NCBI GenBank assembly: GCA_965199495.1
Contig: CBDASK010000003.1
Span: 2,816,001-2,880,000, forward strand
Length of the DNA stretch: 64,000 nucleotides
Origin: Abditibacterium sp.
Lineage (GTDB): Bacteria; Armatimonadota; Abditibacteriia; Abditibacteriales; Abditibacteriaceae
Direction of reading: 5' to 3'
Shown: one piece after another, positions 1-11,300 of the stretch
How the letters are laid out: every line of letters begins with the position of its first letter
Numbering within the stretch: position 1 is the first letter of the stretch
Made by a program: the position numbers and the translations under genes
The notes under the pieces: model-generated
The model's database searches: none
Told to the model about the DNA's origin: nothing
What the model saw: the letters and a program-made list of their open reading frames with translations, nothing else

Positions 1-390
1 ATAAAAACGCGCGTCTTCCATCGAAAGCGTCGCGTCAATCAAACGTCCATCCTCGGTCTGAAAACCCACGCCGCGCCGCCGCTCGACGCGCAGTTCGCTG
101 ATCGGAATGAAATCGCGATTTTGCGTGTCGAACTCGGCGAGCAAACTGCCATCGGCGGCATAAACGCGCGAGGGTTCGGCGCGATTCTTTTGCAGCAGCA
201 CGCGAATATCGGCGGGCGTATTTTGCAATTGGTCATACAACCCTTTGCCCATCGTGATGGCGACGATAATCACGCAAAACACGATGAGCGACAGCAGCAT
301 AAGGAATCGCGACAAATACCACCAAAAAGTGTGGCGGAATTTGGGCGGCGGCGCGACGCCTGATTGAGTGAAAACAGCGGGTTTGGCCAT
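1..390 (-). CDS. Class A penicillin-binding protein (transglycosylase), N-terminal part; runs off the window
   Basis: Manual translation from ATG at 390: MAKPAVF, a TM helix (FLMLLSLIVFCVIIVAI), then SRVYAADGSLLAEF and LSMEDARFY. EDxRFY is the GT51 motif 1. Not in the ORF track because it is open at the window edge. Confidence 0.85.
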   Translation of the reverse strand, partial: MAKPAVFTQSGVAPPPKFRHTFWWYLSRFLMLLSLIVFCVIIVAITMGKGLYDQLQNTPADIRVLLQKNRAEPSRVYAADGSLLAEFDTQNRDFIPISELRVERRRGVGFQTEDGRLIDATLSMEDARFY

Positions 391-524
391 GAGAAACGAA
401 AGTAATTCTGGGCGCGCAGTATATCAAGCGCCCGTTCAACCTCTAATAGATGAGCCATTTGCGCGCGGGTTTCGGATGCGATTGTAAGAAGTGTTGGTGC
501 CCGTGGCTGTTGTTTGGTCGCCAT

Positions 525-1607
525 CTAAAATTTATTTCTCGTGTGATATAAAATCGCACGAGAAATAAATTTCCCCGCGTTACGCCGCCAATTCCAGCGC
601 GCCGTGCCGCGCGGCGGCGGCCAGAGCTTCATCGAAAATTTCGTCCATCTGCCACAGGAAATTGACCTGACATAAACGTCGCGCAGACGCGCGCTTTCGG
701 GCATGCCCTTCGTATACCAACTCGCGTGTTTGCGCATTTCCTGCATCGCGGTGCGCTCACCTTTGAGTTCGCACAACTGAGCCGCGTGCCAGCGTGCGGT
801 CTCGATTTTCTGTTCAATCGTCGGCTCGACGGCGTCGGCGCCGCTTGCGAGATACGATTTGATGTTGGCGAACAGAAACGGGTTGCCCATCGCGGCGCGG
901 CCAATCATCACGGCGTCGCAGCCGGTTTCGTCCAACATGCGCTTGGCGTCGGGGCCGTTATGCACGTCGCCGCCGCCAATCACCGGAATCGAAACGGTTT
1001 GTTTGACGCGACGAATCACCGACCAATCGCTGTGGCCAGTGAACGCCTGTTTCGCTGTGCGCGGATGCACCGAGACAGCCACGGCGCCGACATCCTGCGC
1101 GCGCTGGGCGACTTCGGGCGCCGTAATGTTGTGTTCGTCCCAACCCGCGCGCATTTTCACCGTGACTGGAACATTGAATTGCGCGGCGCCTTCGACTGTC
1201 GCGGCGATAATGTCTTGCGCCAGTTGCGGCGTTTTGAGCAGCAAACAACCGGCGCCGCACTTGGCGATTTTTGGCACGCTGCAACCCATATTAATGTCAA
1301 TCGCGTCGGGTTTGGTGGCGGCGATAATAATGGCGGCTTCGCGCATCATGTCGGGGTCGGCGCCGAAAATCTGCACGGCGACCGGGCGTTCTTCCTCGGA
1401 AAACCACGCCAGAATGCGCGATTTTTCCTGCGACTTAGCGCCGCCGCGAATAAGCGCGGTCGAGGAAACCAGTTCCGACCAACTCATGCCCGCGCCGTAG
1501 CGGCGGCACAAACGGCGAAATGGCTCGGACGTGATGCCCGCCATCGGCGCCAGCACGACGGGCGAATCCACGATGATATTGCCGTTGATAACCAGCGGTT
1601 GAAACAT
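525..1607 (-). CDS. dusB: tRNA-dihydrouridine synthase DusB; C-terminus probably frameshifted (native stop probably at 580)
   Basis: Motifs LAPMAG, QIFG, IDINMGC, VTVKMR, VHPRT, GGGDV and VMIGRAAMGNP; ATG at 1607. Confidence 0.93.
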   Translation of the reverse strand: MFQPLVINGNIIVDSPVVLAPMAGITSEPFRRLCRRYGAGMSWSELVSSTALIRGGAKSQEKSRILAWFSEEERPVAVQIFGADPDMMREAAIIIAATKPDAIDINMGCSVPKIAKCGAGCLLLKTPQLAQDIIAATVEGAAQFNVPVTVKMRAGWDEHNITAPEVAQRAQDVGAVAVSVHPRTAKQAFTGHSDWSVIRRVKQTVSIPVIGGGDVHNGPDAKRMLDETGCDAVMIGRAAMGNPFLFANIKSYLASGADAVEPTIEQKIETARWHAAQLCELKGERTAMQEMRKHASWYTKGMPESARLRDVYVRSISCGRWTKFSMKLWPPPRGTARWNWRRNAGKFISRAILYHTRNKF

Positions 1608-1667
1608 AGCCACCAAGGGACTGTTAAAACCGCCCGCGCGTTCCCGCGCCGGCGTGGCTGTGTTGGA

Positions 1668-1846
1668 GATTAGAACTCACACCCCCTCTGCCGCTTCGCG
1701 ACATCTCCCCCTCCGAAAGGGGGAGAATGCGATTTTTACCGTTCATAACTCGCGTTTGTCTTGGCGATGTCGAGGGTGACACCGCATTCTCCCCCTTTCG
1801 GAGGGGGAGATGTCGCGAAGCGGCAGAGGGGGTGTGAGTTCTAATC
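1668..1846. repeat. REP-like inverted-repeat doublet, perfect 64-bp arms, 51-bp spacer
   Basis: 1668-1731 is the exact reverse complement of 1783-1846; each arm contains an internal TCTCCCCCT..AGGGGGAGA hairpin. Confidence 0.95.
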
Positions 1847-1921
1847 GTTTCGCAGTTATCCTGAGCGGCGCGCAAGGCGGCGCGCGCCTGTGCGAGGTGT
1901 GAGTCCCAAATCGTTTCGCAG

Positions 1922-3493
1922 TTATCCATTGGTATGCAGCCGTTGTTCTTCCAAATCCAGATCGTTCTGAATGCGCCGCACAGCGTCCTCGTGCAATGCG
2001 CCGCGTTTGCGCAACTGTGCCAATTCGCGCCGTTGAACGTGCAATAGTTCCAGCGCGACCTGTTTCTTATTGAGAAATTCGCCGCTTTCGTCCGCCTCAG
2101 AATCCAAATTACGCGCGCGATAACGATAATACTTTTGGAAATATTCCAACGCCGGAGCGGGCGCGCAATTTTCGGTTTGCAGTTGCTCGATGCGCGCGAG
2201 GGCCGCGTGCGCCAGTTCGCGGCGCGCGTTATTTTCTTCGCGCTCGGTTTCGCCGTCGCCTTTCAAATGCAACAGCCGAATGAGCGGCGGCAAGGTCAAT
2301 CCCTGCACAACCAGCGTTGCCAAAATCGCGAAAAACGTGATGAAAATAATCAAGTTGCGCTGCGGAAACGGTTCGCCCGACGTTAAAACGAACGGTAACG
2401 CCAACGCGCCCGCCAGCGAAATCGCGCCGCGCATGCCCGTCCATGCGACAACTGCAATTGGTTTCCACGACGAAAATGGATCGTCGTTTGGAGGGTGAAA
2501 CCCCAGAACGTGCGATGCAAAAGCCGTGGCAAACGACCAAACGACGCGCGTCGCGATGAAAGTTAGCGCGATAATCGCGGCATAAATCGTGGCTTGTGTC
2601 AGCGAAATATCGCCCAGACCGCCGATGATGCGGCGCAATTGCAAACCGACCAACAAAAATAAAACGTTGTTGAACAAAAAATCGAGCATATCCCAAAACG
2701 CGATGGCCTGAAGTCGCGTTTCGCTCGAACTGGCGCGCGGCAGGCGGCGCGAAAAATAGAATCCGGCGGCCACAACGGCCAACACACCGGAAACGTGCAA
2801 CAGTTCATCGGCGACGATATAGGTCGCGAACGGTACAACCAAAACAATCGCGTTTTCGACCGCCGATTCGTTGATGCGTTTGATAAAAAAGACCGCGAGC
2901 AAACCCGCCAATAATCCAATGGCGATGCCGCCGCCGCTAATCAGCAGAAACTCCAATCCCGCGTGACTCAGCGAAAACGCGCCGGTCAGAGTAGCAGCCA
3001 CGGCGAGCTTGTAGACGACCAAACCGGTCGCGTCGTTGACCAGACTTTCGCCTTCGAGAATCGTCACGATGCGACGCGGCACGCCCAAACTTTGCGTAAT
3101 CGAAGTTGCCGCGACGGCATCGGTCGGCGAGACAATCGCGCCTAATGCCAGCGCCGCCGCCCACGGCAAACCCGGCACAATCGCGTGCGCGACCCAACCG
3201 ACGACGAGCGTGGTGAGAATCACCAGTCCCAGCGCGAGCAGTCCGATGGGTTGCAGGTTGCGCCCGAAGTCGCGCCACGAAGTCCGCACGCTGGCCACGA
3301 ACAAAAGCGGCGGCAAAAATAAAGTGAAAATGACTTCGGGCGCCAGTTCGATTTTTCCAAACGCGGGCACATAGGAAAGTCCCAATCCGCCGACCAGCAG
3401 TGGAATCGCGGGCGGCAAACGCAACGCGCCCGCCAATCGTACGATGACGATAACGGCGAGCAAAAGCGCGATACCAGTTTCAAGCGGAGACAT
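1922..3493 (-). CDS. CPA1-family Na+/H+ antiporter (NhaP/YjcE-like)
   Basis: Multi-TM protein with LPPLLF, SPTDAVA, GESLVNDATGLV, GMRGAISLA and LVVQGLTL motifs. Confidence 0.93.
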   Translation of the reverse strand: MSPLETGIALLLAVIVIVRLAGALRLPPAIPLLVGGLGLSYVPAFGKIELAPEVIFTLFLPPLLFVASVRTSWRDFGRNLQPIGLLALGLVILTTLVVGWVAHAIVPGLPWAAALALGAIVSPTDAVAATSITQSLGVPRRIVTILEGESLVNDATGLVVYKLAVAATLTGAFSLSHAGLEFLLISGGGIAIGLLAGLLAVFFIKRINESAVENAIVLVVPFATYIVADELLHVSGVLAVVAAGFYFSRRLPRASSSETRLQAIAFWDMLDFLFNNVLFLLVGLQLRRIIGGLGDISLTQATIYAAIIALTFIATRVVWSFATAFASHVLGFHPPNDDPFSSWKPIAVVAWTGMRGAISLAGALALPFVLTSGEPFPQRNLIIFITFFAILATLVVQGLTLPPLIRLLHLKGDGETEREENNARRELAHAALARIEQLQTENCAPAPALEYFQKYYRYRARNLDSEADESGEFLNKKQVALELLHVQRRELAQLRKRGALHEDAVRRIQNDLDLEEQRLHTNG

Positions 3494-3752
3494 AGGAGAT
3501 TAGGCGACGGATAATTTTACGCTCCGGTTCGCTGGCACAGAGTAAAATGAAGTGTAGACCAACACAATTTGGGCAAAATCTGACGCGATAAAGATTTAAA
3601 CATCCAATCTCCGCAAATTAGATGCGCCCAATTCGCCCACGCGAATCTCTCCGCACCAGATAATTCTGTCATTCCATATCAATTGGCCGTATCCATGTAA
3701 AAATAGGCATAGTAAACCCCGCGCAAACATCGCGCGCGTCGCAATCACTTCT

Positions 3753-6380
3753 ATGAAAATTCTTTTCACCCCAACGTTGTTGAGCCGTTGGCTGTGCGCC
3801 TTGATGTTGTGTTTTTCATGCAGTATCTCGGCGCACGCGGCCTCTTTACAAACTGCTTTTGGGCCGCAAGGTCTGGCCACGTTGCGTTATGGAAATCTGA
3901 CGCTGGCTGACACCAACGCGCACGAAGGTGACGCGTTTTCGCTTTACGACGTGGACGGCGCACCCGTGGCTCGTGCGTGGGACGCGGCTTCGCAAACTCT
4001 GACGTGGAAATACGGTTGGGGCCAAGTCGCCTGCAAATATACCCAGCGCGGCGACCAACTCAATCTGGATATTGCGATTGACAATCAGGGCAGCAAAACC
4101 ATCGCGGGTTTCAATATGTTTCCGCTCGCGTTGAGTTTTCCAGATTTCCCCAAAGGTTACGACGCGACAACGCCGCACGTCGGTTTTAATAATGATGGCC
4201 CGACGGTTCAGAGCGCCGACTTTGGCAGCGGCATCGTCACGGTGATTAATCGGGACGTGAAAAGTCCGTTGTGTGTTGGGCTAATTTCCAGCAATGATAC
4301 CGCGCAATCGTTTCGTTACAACGTTTATGTCGGCTCGGCGCACCTGTGGTATCAGCCGGGCAACTGGCCGACTTTTAATCGTCCCATCGCGCCGGGTGGA
4401 CACGATTTGTATCAAATTGCGCTGCGGTTTTCGCCGTCTGGCACCGACATCAGTTCCATCGGCGACGATGTTTATAAAAAATTCGCGCAGGCCCATCCAT
4501 CCGAGTTGAACTGGACGGATCGTCGGCCCATCGCGTCGTTGTTTCTATCGTCGGCCTCGGATAATCATCCGGCGTGTAACCCACGCGGTTGGTTCTATAA
4601 CGATGAAAGCGTTGACTGTTTCAACGCCACGGGCCGCGCGCGTTTGCGCCAGCGCGTGATGGATTTCGCCGACGATAGCATCGCCGAAATGAAAAGCGTA
4701 GGCGCGCAGGGCATGGTGACGTGGGACATCGAAGGCCAAGAATATCCGCACTCGACCAGCTATATCGGCGACCCGCGTTTGCTTCCAAGTTTGGCGCCCG
4801 AAATGGACGCCATTGCCGACGAGTATTTCGCCAAATTCCGCGCCGCCGGACTGCGCGTCGGCGTGTGCGTGCGGCCTCAACAGTTGGTCGTGGACAGCAG
4901 CCACGCCGAGCAAGTCTCAGTTGATGACATCGCGCAGCAGTTAATAAATAAGATTCAAACCGCCAAAACGCGTTGGGGCGCCACGCTGTTTTACGTGGAT
5001 TCCAACGGCGGCCCCTACGACCCGACCGACGCCGCGATTTTCCAGCAGGTCGCGCGCGCTCATCCCGACGTTCTGCTGATTCCCGAACACCAGAACGCCG
5101 CCTATTACGCTTTCACCGCGCCTTATAATCAGACCAACGAAAATTCACCTTTCACCTCCGATGAAGTGCGCGCGATTTATCCCAACGCCTTTAGCGTCGT
5201 CAAATTAATGGATGGCAGCGAGCAATTGCGTGGCGCCATCGTCGAGGCGGCGCGTCACGGCGATATTTTGATGTTCAACGGCTGGTATGACAGCGAAGAC
5301 GGCCAACAGGTGCGCGACGCCTATGCCGAAGCGACCAACGCGCTGTTGGTCACCACAACCAAAGATGTCATTGACGCAAACGACGGCAAAAACTCGTTAC
5401 GCGAGGCGATGATTTACGCCAACCAATCGGGGCGAGCGTGTCAGATTACTTTTGCCGACAACGTGCGCGGTACGATTAAGCTGGGCGGCGATTCGCTGCC
5501 CGCGCTGACGGGTGATTGCGAAATCGTCGGGCCGGGCGCCGCGTTTTTGACCCTTAACGCGAATAACCAAAGCGGCATTTTCCGCATCGAAAAAAGCGCG
5601 AATGTGACGCTTTTGGGTTTGACTCTCTGCGGCGGCAACGCGGGCGAATCGGTCGGTTATAACGGCGGTGCGATTTGTAGCGAAGGCGCTTTGACGCTGC
5701 GTTCGAGCGTTTTGCGCGATAATCACGGCAACGCGGGCGGCGCGATTTTCAATTTGGGCCGCGAGGTTTCCATCGAGCGTTGCACGTTTTCGGGCAACAT
5801 CGGCAATCACGTCGGCGGCGCGATTTTCAGCGCCAATGGCGCATTGGCGCTGTGGCAATGCACGCTGAGCGGCAATTCTGCGCCCGATGCGAGCGGCGGC
5901 GGCGGCGCGATTTGCGCCAACACGGTGGATTTGACTTTGGAATCCTGCACGCTGACCCGCAACAGCGGCTCGCGCAATCGCGGCGGCGTGTGGTTTCAGG
6001 GCGGCGTTTTGACGCTGCACAACTCGATCTTGGCGGGCAACGGCGCGCGCGATGTGGACATGTATGGCGGCTCGCTGACAACGAACGGCTATAATTTGGT
6101 CGGCGCGGCCTCGCCGACATGGAACTGGGTTTGGACGCGCACCGACAAACGCGGCGCCGTGGCTGGTCTCGACCAACTGCGTGATAACGGCGCTCAAACG
6201 CCGACTTGTGCGTTAATGCCCAATAGCGCCGCGCTGAATGCGGGCGATCCGAATATGAACGACGCCACCGACCAACGCGGCGCGCCGCGCGTGAGCGGCG
6301 GTCGCGCCGACATCGGCGCCTTTGAAGTTCAAGTTCCCGCGAGCGGGTCGTTTCAAACGTCGTCGGGTGGTAATTCGTAG
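3753..6380 (+). CDS. Secreted multidomain protein: putative glycoside-hydrolase-like barrel, CSLREA domain, beta-helix repeats and choice-of-anchor Q region
   Basis: Signal peptide ending AHA; WDIEGQ, FYVDSN and LIPEH segments; DGKNSLREAM; repeated GGAI; DQRGAPR..ADIGAFE. Confidence 0.75.
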   Translation: MKILFTPTLLSRWLCALMLCFSCSISAHAASLQTAFGPQGLATLRYGNLTLADTNAHEGDAFSLYDVDGAPVARAWDAASQTLTWKYGWGQVACKYTQRGDQLNLDIAIDNQGSKTIAGFNMFPLALSFPDFPKGYDATTPHVGFNNDGPTVQSADFGSGIVTVINRDVKSPLCVGLISSNDTAQSFRYNVYVGSAHLWYQPGNWPTFNRPIAPGGHDLYQIALRFSPSGTDISSIGDDVYKKFAQAHPSELNWTDRRPIASLFLSSASDNHPACNPRGWFYNDESVDCFNATGRARLRQRVMDFADDSIAEMKSVGAQGMVTWDIEGQEYPHSTSYIGDPRLLPSLAPEMDAIADEYFAKFRAAGLRVGVCVRPQQLVVDSSHAEQVSVDDIAQQLINKIQTAKTRWGATLFYVDSNGGPYDPTDAAIFQQVARAHPDVLLIPEHQNAAYYAFTAPYNQTNENSPFTSDEVRAIYPNAFSVVKLMDGSEQLRGAIVEAARHGDILMFNGWYDSEDGQQVRDAYAEATNALLVTTTKDVIDANDGKNSLREAMIYANQSGRACQITFADNVRGTIKLGGDSLPALTGDCEIVGPGAAFLTLNANNQSGIFRIEKSANVTLLGLTLCGGNAGESVGYNGGAICSEGALTLRSSVLRDNHGNAGGAIFNLGREVSIERCTFSGNIGNHVGGAIFSANGALALWQCTLSGNSAPDASGGGGAICANTVDLTLESCTLTRNSGSRNRGGVWFQGGVLTLHNSILAGNGARDVDMYGGSLTTNGYNLVGAASPTWNWVWTRTDKRGAVAGLDQLRDNGAQTPTCALMPNSAALNAGDPNMNDATDQRGAPRVSGGRADIGAFEVQVPASGSFQTSSGGNS

Positions 6381-6405
6381 GCTTTAGGTTGTGGCAATTG
6401 CTTGC

Positions 6406-6566
6406 TTTTCCCTCACCCGGCCTCGTGAAACTCGGCCACCCTCTCCCGGAGGGAGAAGGTTATTTGCGCACGCTATTTTCAAGATCTATCTTGGGAGTTG
6501 GAGGGCGAACTACCTTCTCCCTCCGGGAGAGGGTGGCCGAGTTTCACGAGGCCGGGTGAGGGAAAA
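6406..6566. repeat. REP-like inverted-repeat doublet, perfect 55-bp arms, 51-bp spacer
   Basis: 6406-6460 is the reverse complement of 6512-6566; CCCTCACCC..CTCTCCC..GGGAGA type; lies between convergent genes. Confidence 0.95.
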
Positions 6567-6585
6567 CCTATCGCTTTTCTCAGAC

Positions 6586-7605
6586 TTACACAGCCACGGC
6601 GAGCGCCGGTTCGAGCGTTTGGCAAACCTGCGCCGCCAACTCGAACGAACGCAAACGCGCCCGATGATCGTGAATCATCGCCGTCAGCATCAGTTCGTCG
6701 GCGCTGGTTTGTTCGATTAATCGTTGCAAACCGGCGCGCACCGTTGTGGGCGCGCCGACGAACGAAAACGCCAGCGAACGATCGATGTTCTGTTGCTCGT
6801 ATTCGCTCCACGGGCGTTCGCCGTTTTCGAGCGGCGCGGGCAATTGGCCGGGCGTGCCGCGTCGCAAATTGACGAATGCTTGCTCGACCGAAGTAAATAA
6901 GCGGCGCGCTTCTTCGTCCGAATCGGCGGCGAAAACGTTGGCGACGATCATCGCGTAGGGTTTGTCGAGGGTTTCGGACGGCTCAAAATTGTCGCGATAA
7001 ATCGAAAGCGCCTGCATCAACAAATCGGGCGCGAAGTGCGAGGCAAACGCGAACGGCAAACCCAATTGCGCGGCCAGACTCGCCGAATAAACGCTCGAAC
7101 CCAACAACCAAATCGGCACGTTTGTGCCTTCGCCCGGCACCGCGCGCACGCGTTGGCCCGGCGCGCTCGGCGCCAGATAACGCTGCAATTCCAAAACATC
7201 TTGCGGGAACGAATCGGCGCCTTTGCTACTGTCGCGGCGCAGGGCGCGCATCGTCAGTTGGTCGGTGCCGGGCGCGCGGCCCAAACCCAAATCAATACGA
7301 TTGGGATACAACGTTTCGAGCGTGCCGAAGTTCTCGGCGACGACCAAGGGCGCGTGATTGGGCAGCATCACGCCGCCCGAACCGACGCGAATCGTGTCGG
7401 TTCCGCTCGCGATATGTCCGATGACAACCGCCGTGGCTGAGGACGCGATGCCCGGCATATTGTGATGCTCGGCGACCCAAAAACGCTGGTAGCCCAATCG
7501 CTCGGCGTGTTGCGCGAGGTCGAGCGCATTATCCAAAGCCGTGCGCGCATCGGTGCCCGCAGCAATCGGCGCCAAATCGAGAATGGAATAGGGAATGTTC
7601 GTCAT
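6586..7605 (-). CDS. LLM-class flavin-dependent oxidoreductase (luciferase-like, YhbW type)
   Basis: [44 protein letters not shown] and FASHF motifs. Confidence 0.93.
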   Translation of the reverse strand: MTNIPYSILDLAPIAAGTDARTALDNALDLAQHAERLGYQRFWVAEHHNMPGIASSATAVVIGHIASGTDTIRVGSGGVMLPNHAPLVVAENFGTLETLYPNRIDLGLGRAPGTDQLTMRALRRDSSKGADSFPQDVLELQRYLAPSAPGQRVRAVPGEGTNVPIWLLGSSVYSASLAAQLGLPFAFASHFAPDLLMQALSIYRDNFEPSETLDKPYAMIVANVFAADSDEEARRLFTSVEQAFVNLRRGTPGQLPAPLENGERPWSEYEQQNIDRSLAFSFVGAPTTVRAGLQRLIEQTSADELMLTAMIHDHRARLRSFELAAQVCQTLEPALAVAV

Positions 7606-7684
7606 AATTGAAACTTTTTGTGTTACATATTAGACGAATGAATGGGGATTTGGCTCCGATTGTAGCAGCCACGCCGACAGGCGA

Positions 7685-8311
7685 TTATTTGGTGAGCGCG
7701 AACGCTTGTAATTCGCCGTGAATCGGACAATGATAAACCGGCTGTTTTTGGCCGCGCTTCCAGATAATGAGCCATTGTTTCGATTGACGAATGCCCGCGT
7801 AAACGTTGAAAGATGCGACTGTGGCCGCAATGTAAGAACCGGAAAAATATATTTTTCCGACGATATACCTGCGACAGGTAAAAGCGTATTCGCTATAGCT
7901 TCCTTCCGCGAATTCGTATTTCTCCTGCGGCCCCGTGCGTATTTGCAGATATGGCATAGTTGAGGACACAACGAGATTTGGATTAATATTTTTCTCGTTC
8001 GGGTTTTCGCTATCATAGACAGAGGTGCCGGAAATCTGTGGGAATTTAGCAGGTTCGATAAAGGGAAAGATATGCAACTTATCGGTATATATGTAACGAT
8101 AAAAATTAGTGACGCGCAGAGGACTCTGCCACAAGGAATGTTTGCCGAATCTTTTGCGATTGCTGACCGCGCTCATGGCCACAAAGTGTGGCGGCGAATC
8201 GCCTACGCTGCACAACTGGACGAATTGGAAGAACTGCCAAGTGACCCCTAGCACGAGGGTGATACCGCAAAATACCAAGATGGGTTCTTTAATCGGGCGC
8301 CGATTGTCCAT
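7685..8311 (-). CDS. Hypothetical membrane-anchored protein
   Basis: 208-aa ORF with an N-terminal TM segment; AT-richer than flanks; TG-A-TAAAAT 6 nt upstream of the ATG. Confidence 0.6.
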   Translation of the reverse strand: MDNRRPIKEPILVFCGITLVLGVTWQFFQFVQLCSVGDSPPHFVAMSAVSNRKRFGKHSLWQSPLRVTNFYRYIYTDKLHIFPFIEPAKFPQISGTSVYDSENPNEKNINPNLVVSSTMPYLQIRTGPQEKYEFAEGSYSEYAFTCRRYIVGKIYFSGSYIAATVASFNVYAGIRQSKQWLIIWKRGQKQPVYHCPIHGELQAFALTK

Positions 8312-8337
8312 GATGTGATTTTATCAAAATTCCGTTT

Positions 8338-8366
8338 GTAGAGACGCGATAGACCGGTGTTTCTAC
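8338..8366. repeat. Degenerate single GTAG-type REP
   Basis: GTAGAGACGCGATAGACCGGTGTTTCTAC resembles the arms of the elements at 33636, 47859 and 50039. Confidence 0.55.
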
Positions 8367-8373
8367 GGGAAAA

Positions 8374-11300
8374 CTAAACCGACTTCGCTTTGCCGACCGG
8401 AATTGCGACCGTGCCGCGACGCGCGAGTTTGTTCCAGCCCGCGCGGTGTCCGGCGATGGCCGTCCACAGCGATTTCCAGATCACGACGTAAAGCATCTGG
8501 CGATAGACGAAGCGTTGCCAGAACAGCCACCACAACAGGCTTTTGTCTTCCTTGTCCATGCGGATGGCGACGTAGGCGCCCGCCAACTCGACGGCGAAGA
8601 AGACAGCGTAGAAGAAGCCGACTTTTTCCAGAAAAAACGCGGTCTGCGGGTCGGGCGCCCACTGGCCGTGGCCGCTGCCGTTGAGATACCAACTGGCGAT
8701 GGTCGCAATCGCCGCGAAGACCAGTTGAATGTCAACGAGCGGCGCCAAAACCTGCAATACGAACTGGAAAACCGCGATTGTCGGCAGGGCCAGCCGCCCG
8801 AAAAAGCCGTGGCGGCCCATCGCGCGCCGGTGTTTGTGCAAGCATTGCAGCGTGCCATAAGCCCAGCGAAACCGTTGTTTGGACAGTGCGCTCATCGAAT
8901 CGGGCGCTTCGGTGAAGGCCAGCGCGCGCGTTTCGTTGCGCAGAATCCAGCCGTCGCGGCGCAATCGCCACGTCAAATCCATGTCTTCGGCCAAAGTGTC
9001 GGTGATATAGCCGCCGACGCTACGCACTGCGTCGCGTCGCCACGCGCCGATGGCGCCCGGCACGACGGTGATGGCGTTGACCAAACCGTAGGCGCGCCGA
9101 TCCAAATTCTGGCTGGTGATGTATTCGATAGCCTGCCAACGCGTCAAAACGTTGAGCCGATTGCCGACTTTGACGTTACCAGCCACGGCGCCGACTTTGG
9201 GGTCGGTGAAGTGGCGCACCAACAACCCAATCGCGTCGGGCGCGACCTGCGTATCGGCGTCGAAACCAACGGTGATTTCGCCTTTGGCGACTGTCAAAGC
9301 GTAGTTCAATGCCGCTGCTTTGCCGCCGTTTTGCTGGCGCATTAATCGAACGCGCGGTTCGTCGCCAAACGCGGTTTCGACGACGTGGCTGGTGTTATCT
9401 TTGGAGCCGTCGTCGACCACGATGATCTCGAAATTGGCATAATCGCTGCCCAAAACCGAGCGAATCGTGCTTTCGATGGTTTTCTCTTCGTTGTAACCGG
9501 CGATAATCACCGAAACGAGCGGCAGATAATTCGCATCGAAAACCAACTGTTTTTCGCGCTTACGCTCGATGGCGGCGAGGGGCAAAATAAAGGCGACGCG
9601 CGCGATGCCCAGCGCGATGGCGGCGATGAAACCGGCGACCAAAAGCCACTGCGCGCCGAAGAGCAAATCGAACATGGTGCGCTCGAAGCGCACTGAATCT
9701 AATTCGTTGGCCGAAACGACCGGCATCATGGCGGCGCGCCCGCCCGCCAACTGCGAAACCGGCACGAACTTAAATCCGCGCTGTTTCAATTCGGGAATAA
9801 TCGTCTTCAAAATTTCCAGCGTGCGCGCGCGGTCGCCGCCCGCGTCGTGCAGCAAAATGATATTACCTTTGACGCTATTGGTGTCTTTCAATTTGAGGTT
9901 ATCGGCGTCTTTCAGGATGTCGCGAATCATCTCTTGCGGCGTGCGCGGCGACTGCGAGCCGTCGGGCGCGACGTTAATCGGGTTCCAATCCTGCGGGTCA
10001 ATGAACTCGCCGATGGTGATGTAACCCAAACGCGCGGCCTCGGTGACCGGCTCGACTTGTTCGGCGGTTTCGGGTTCGGCGTCGGCGTTGTAGGGCGGGC
10101 GAAACATCCGCGTCGAATGGCCGGTGATGCCTTCGATGGCGCTCTGCGTCGCGTTGATTTCGAGCTTGGCGCGGCGCGGCGAAACCAACGCGATGTTGGG
10201 ATGCGTGAAGGTGTGGTTGCCCAAATCGTGGCCTTCGTCGTAGATGCGGCGCACCAAATTCGGATATTTTTCGACGTTATCGCCAACCAGAAAAAACGAG
10301 GCTTTGACGTTGTTACGCTTGAGAATATCCAAAATTTGCGGCGTCCATTGCGGGTCGGGGCCGTCGTCGAACGTCAAAGCCAGCTCGTTCTTAGAAAAGC
10401 CGCTGCGCTTAATCACGATGGGCGAGGGAAATTTTTGATACTCCTCGTCGGTGACGAGTTTTGTCGTCGAATCGAGTTCCAATTGGCGCTGTCCGGTTTG
10501 CGCCTGCTGCGCGACGGTGAGAATTTCGCCCTGCCCCGTGAAACTGACTTCGTAGGGAAACTTCACTGAATCCAAATCTCGGATGGAAAACCCGGTTTCG
10601 TCGCGGCGAAAAAAGCTCCACAGCGACGGGTCTTCGGCGCCCAGATACCACAACGCGTCGCCGCGCAAATGGGCGCGTTTGGCGAGTTGCCACTGGTTGT
10701 AGGCGCTGGCCGCATCGAGCATCCAGACTTCATGATCGTGGCCGTTTTCGTCCTGATATTCGTAGGTCGCGTTGAGCGATTGCGGGTCGAAATCTACCGC
10801 CTGTTGCGGCGTTTCGTCTTTGCCCGCGTCGTCCTGCGCCTTGAAAAGCGCCTCTTCGTAGGTCAGCGAATCCGCCTGGGATTTGCTGTTGCGCGTCCAA
10901 TCGTAGGCGTAGTTGCCCACGCCCAAAACCAACTTTTGCGGTTCAACGACCGCGCTGGCGCGCCTGACCAAAGCCGCGCCCCAATCGAAGCTGGCAATTG
11001 GGCCGGGCGCGTCAACTTCGGCGTGTTGGTCGTAGGCCATCAACACCGCGAAATCGCACGGCGCCGCCATTTGCTTCATCTGCGCATCGGATAGACCGGC
11101 TTCCAAATCGGTCGAAAACGACAGACCCGACGCGTGCAAATTCTGGCTGAGCGCGCCCATAAACGCGATCAATTTCGGTTGGTCGGCGGGCACCAAACTC
11201 TCGAAGTCGAGGTTGAGACCCTGAAATTTATTTTGCGTCAACCATTGTTTCAGCGCGCCGATAAGTTTGGTTTGCGCGGCGGGCGAAGCGAGCAATTGAT

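Noticed and set aside
1624..1929. 101-aa ORF, and similar ORFs at 6391-6872, 19532-19879 and 24044-24293
   Set aside because: They are largely translations of palindromic repeat elements and have no protein-family features.
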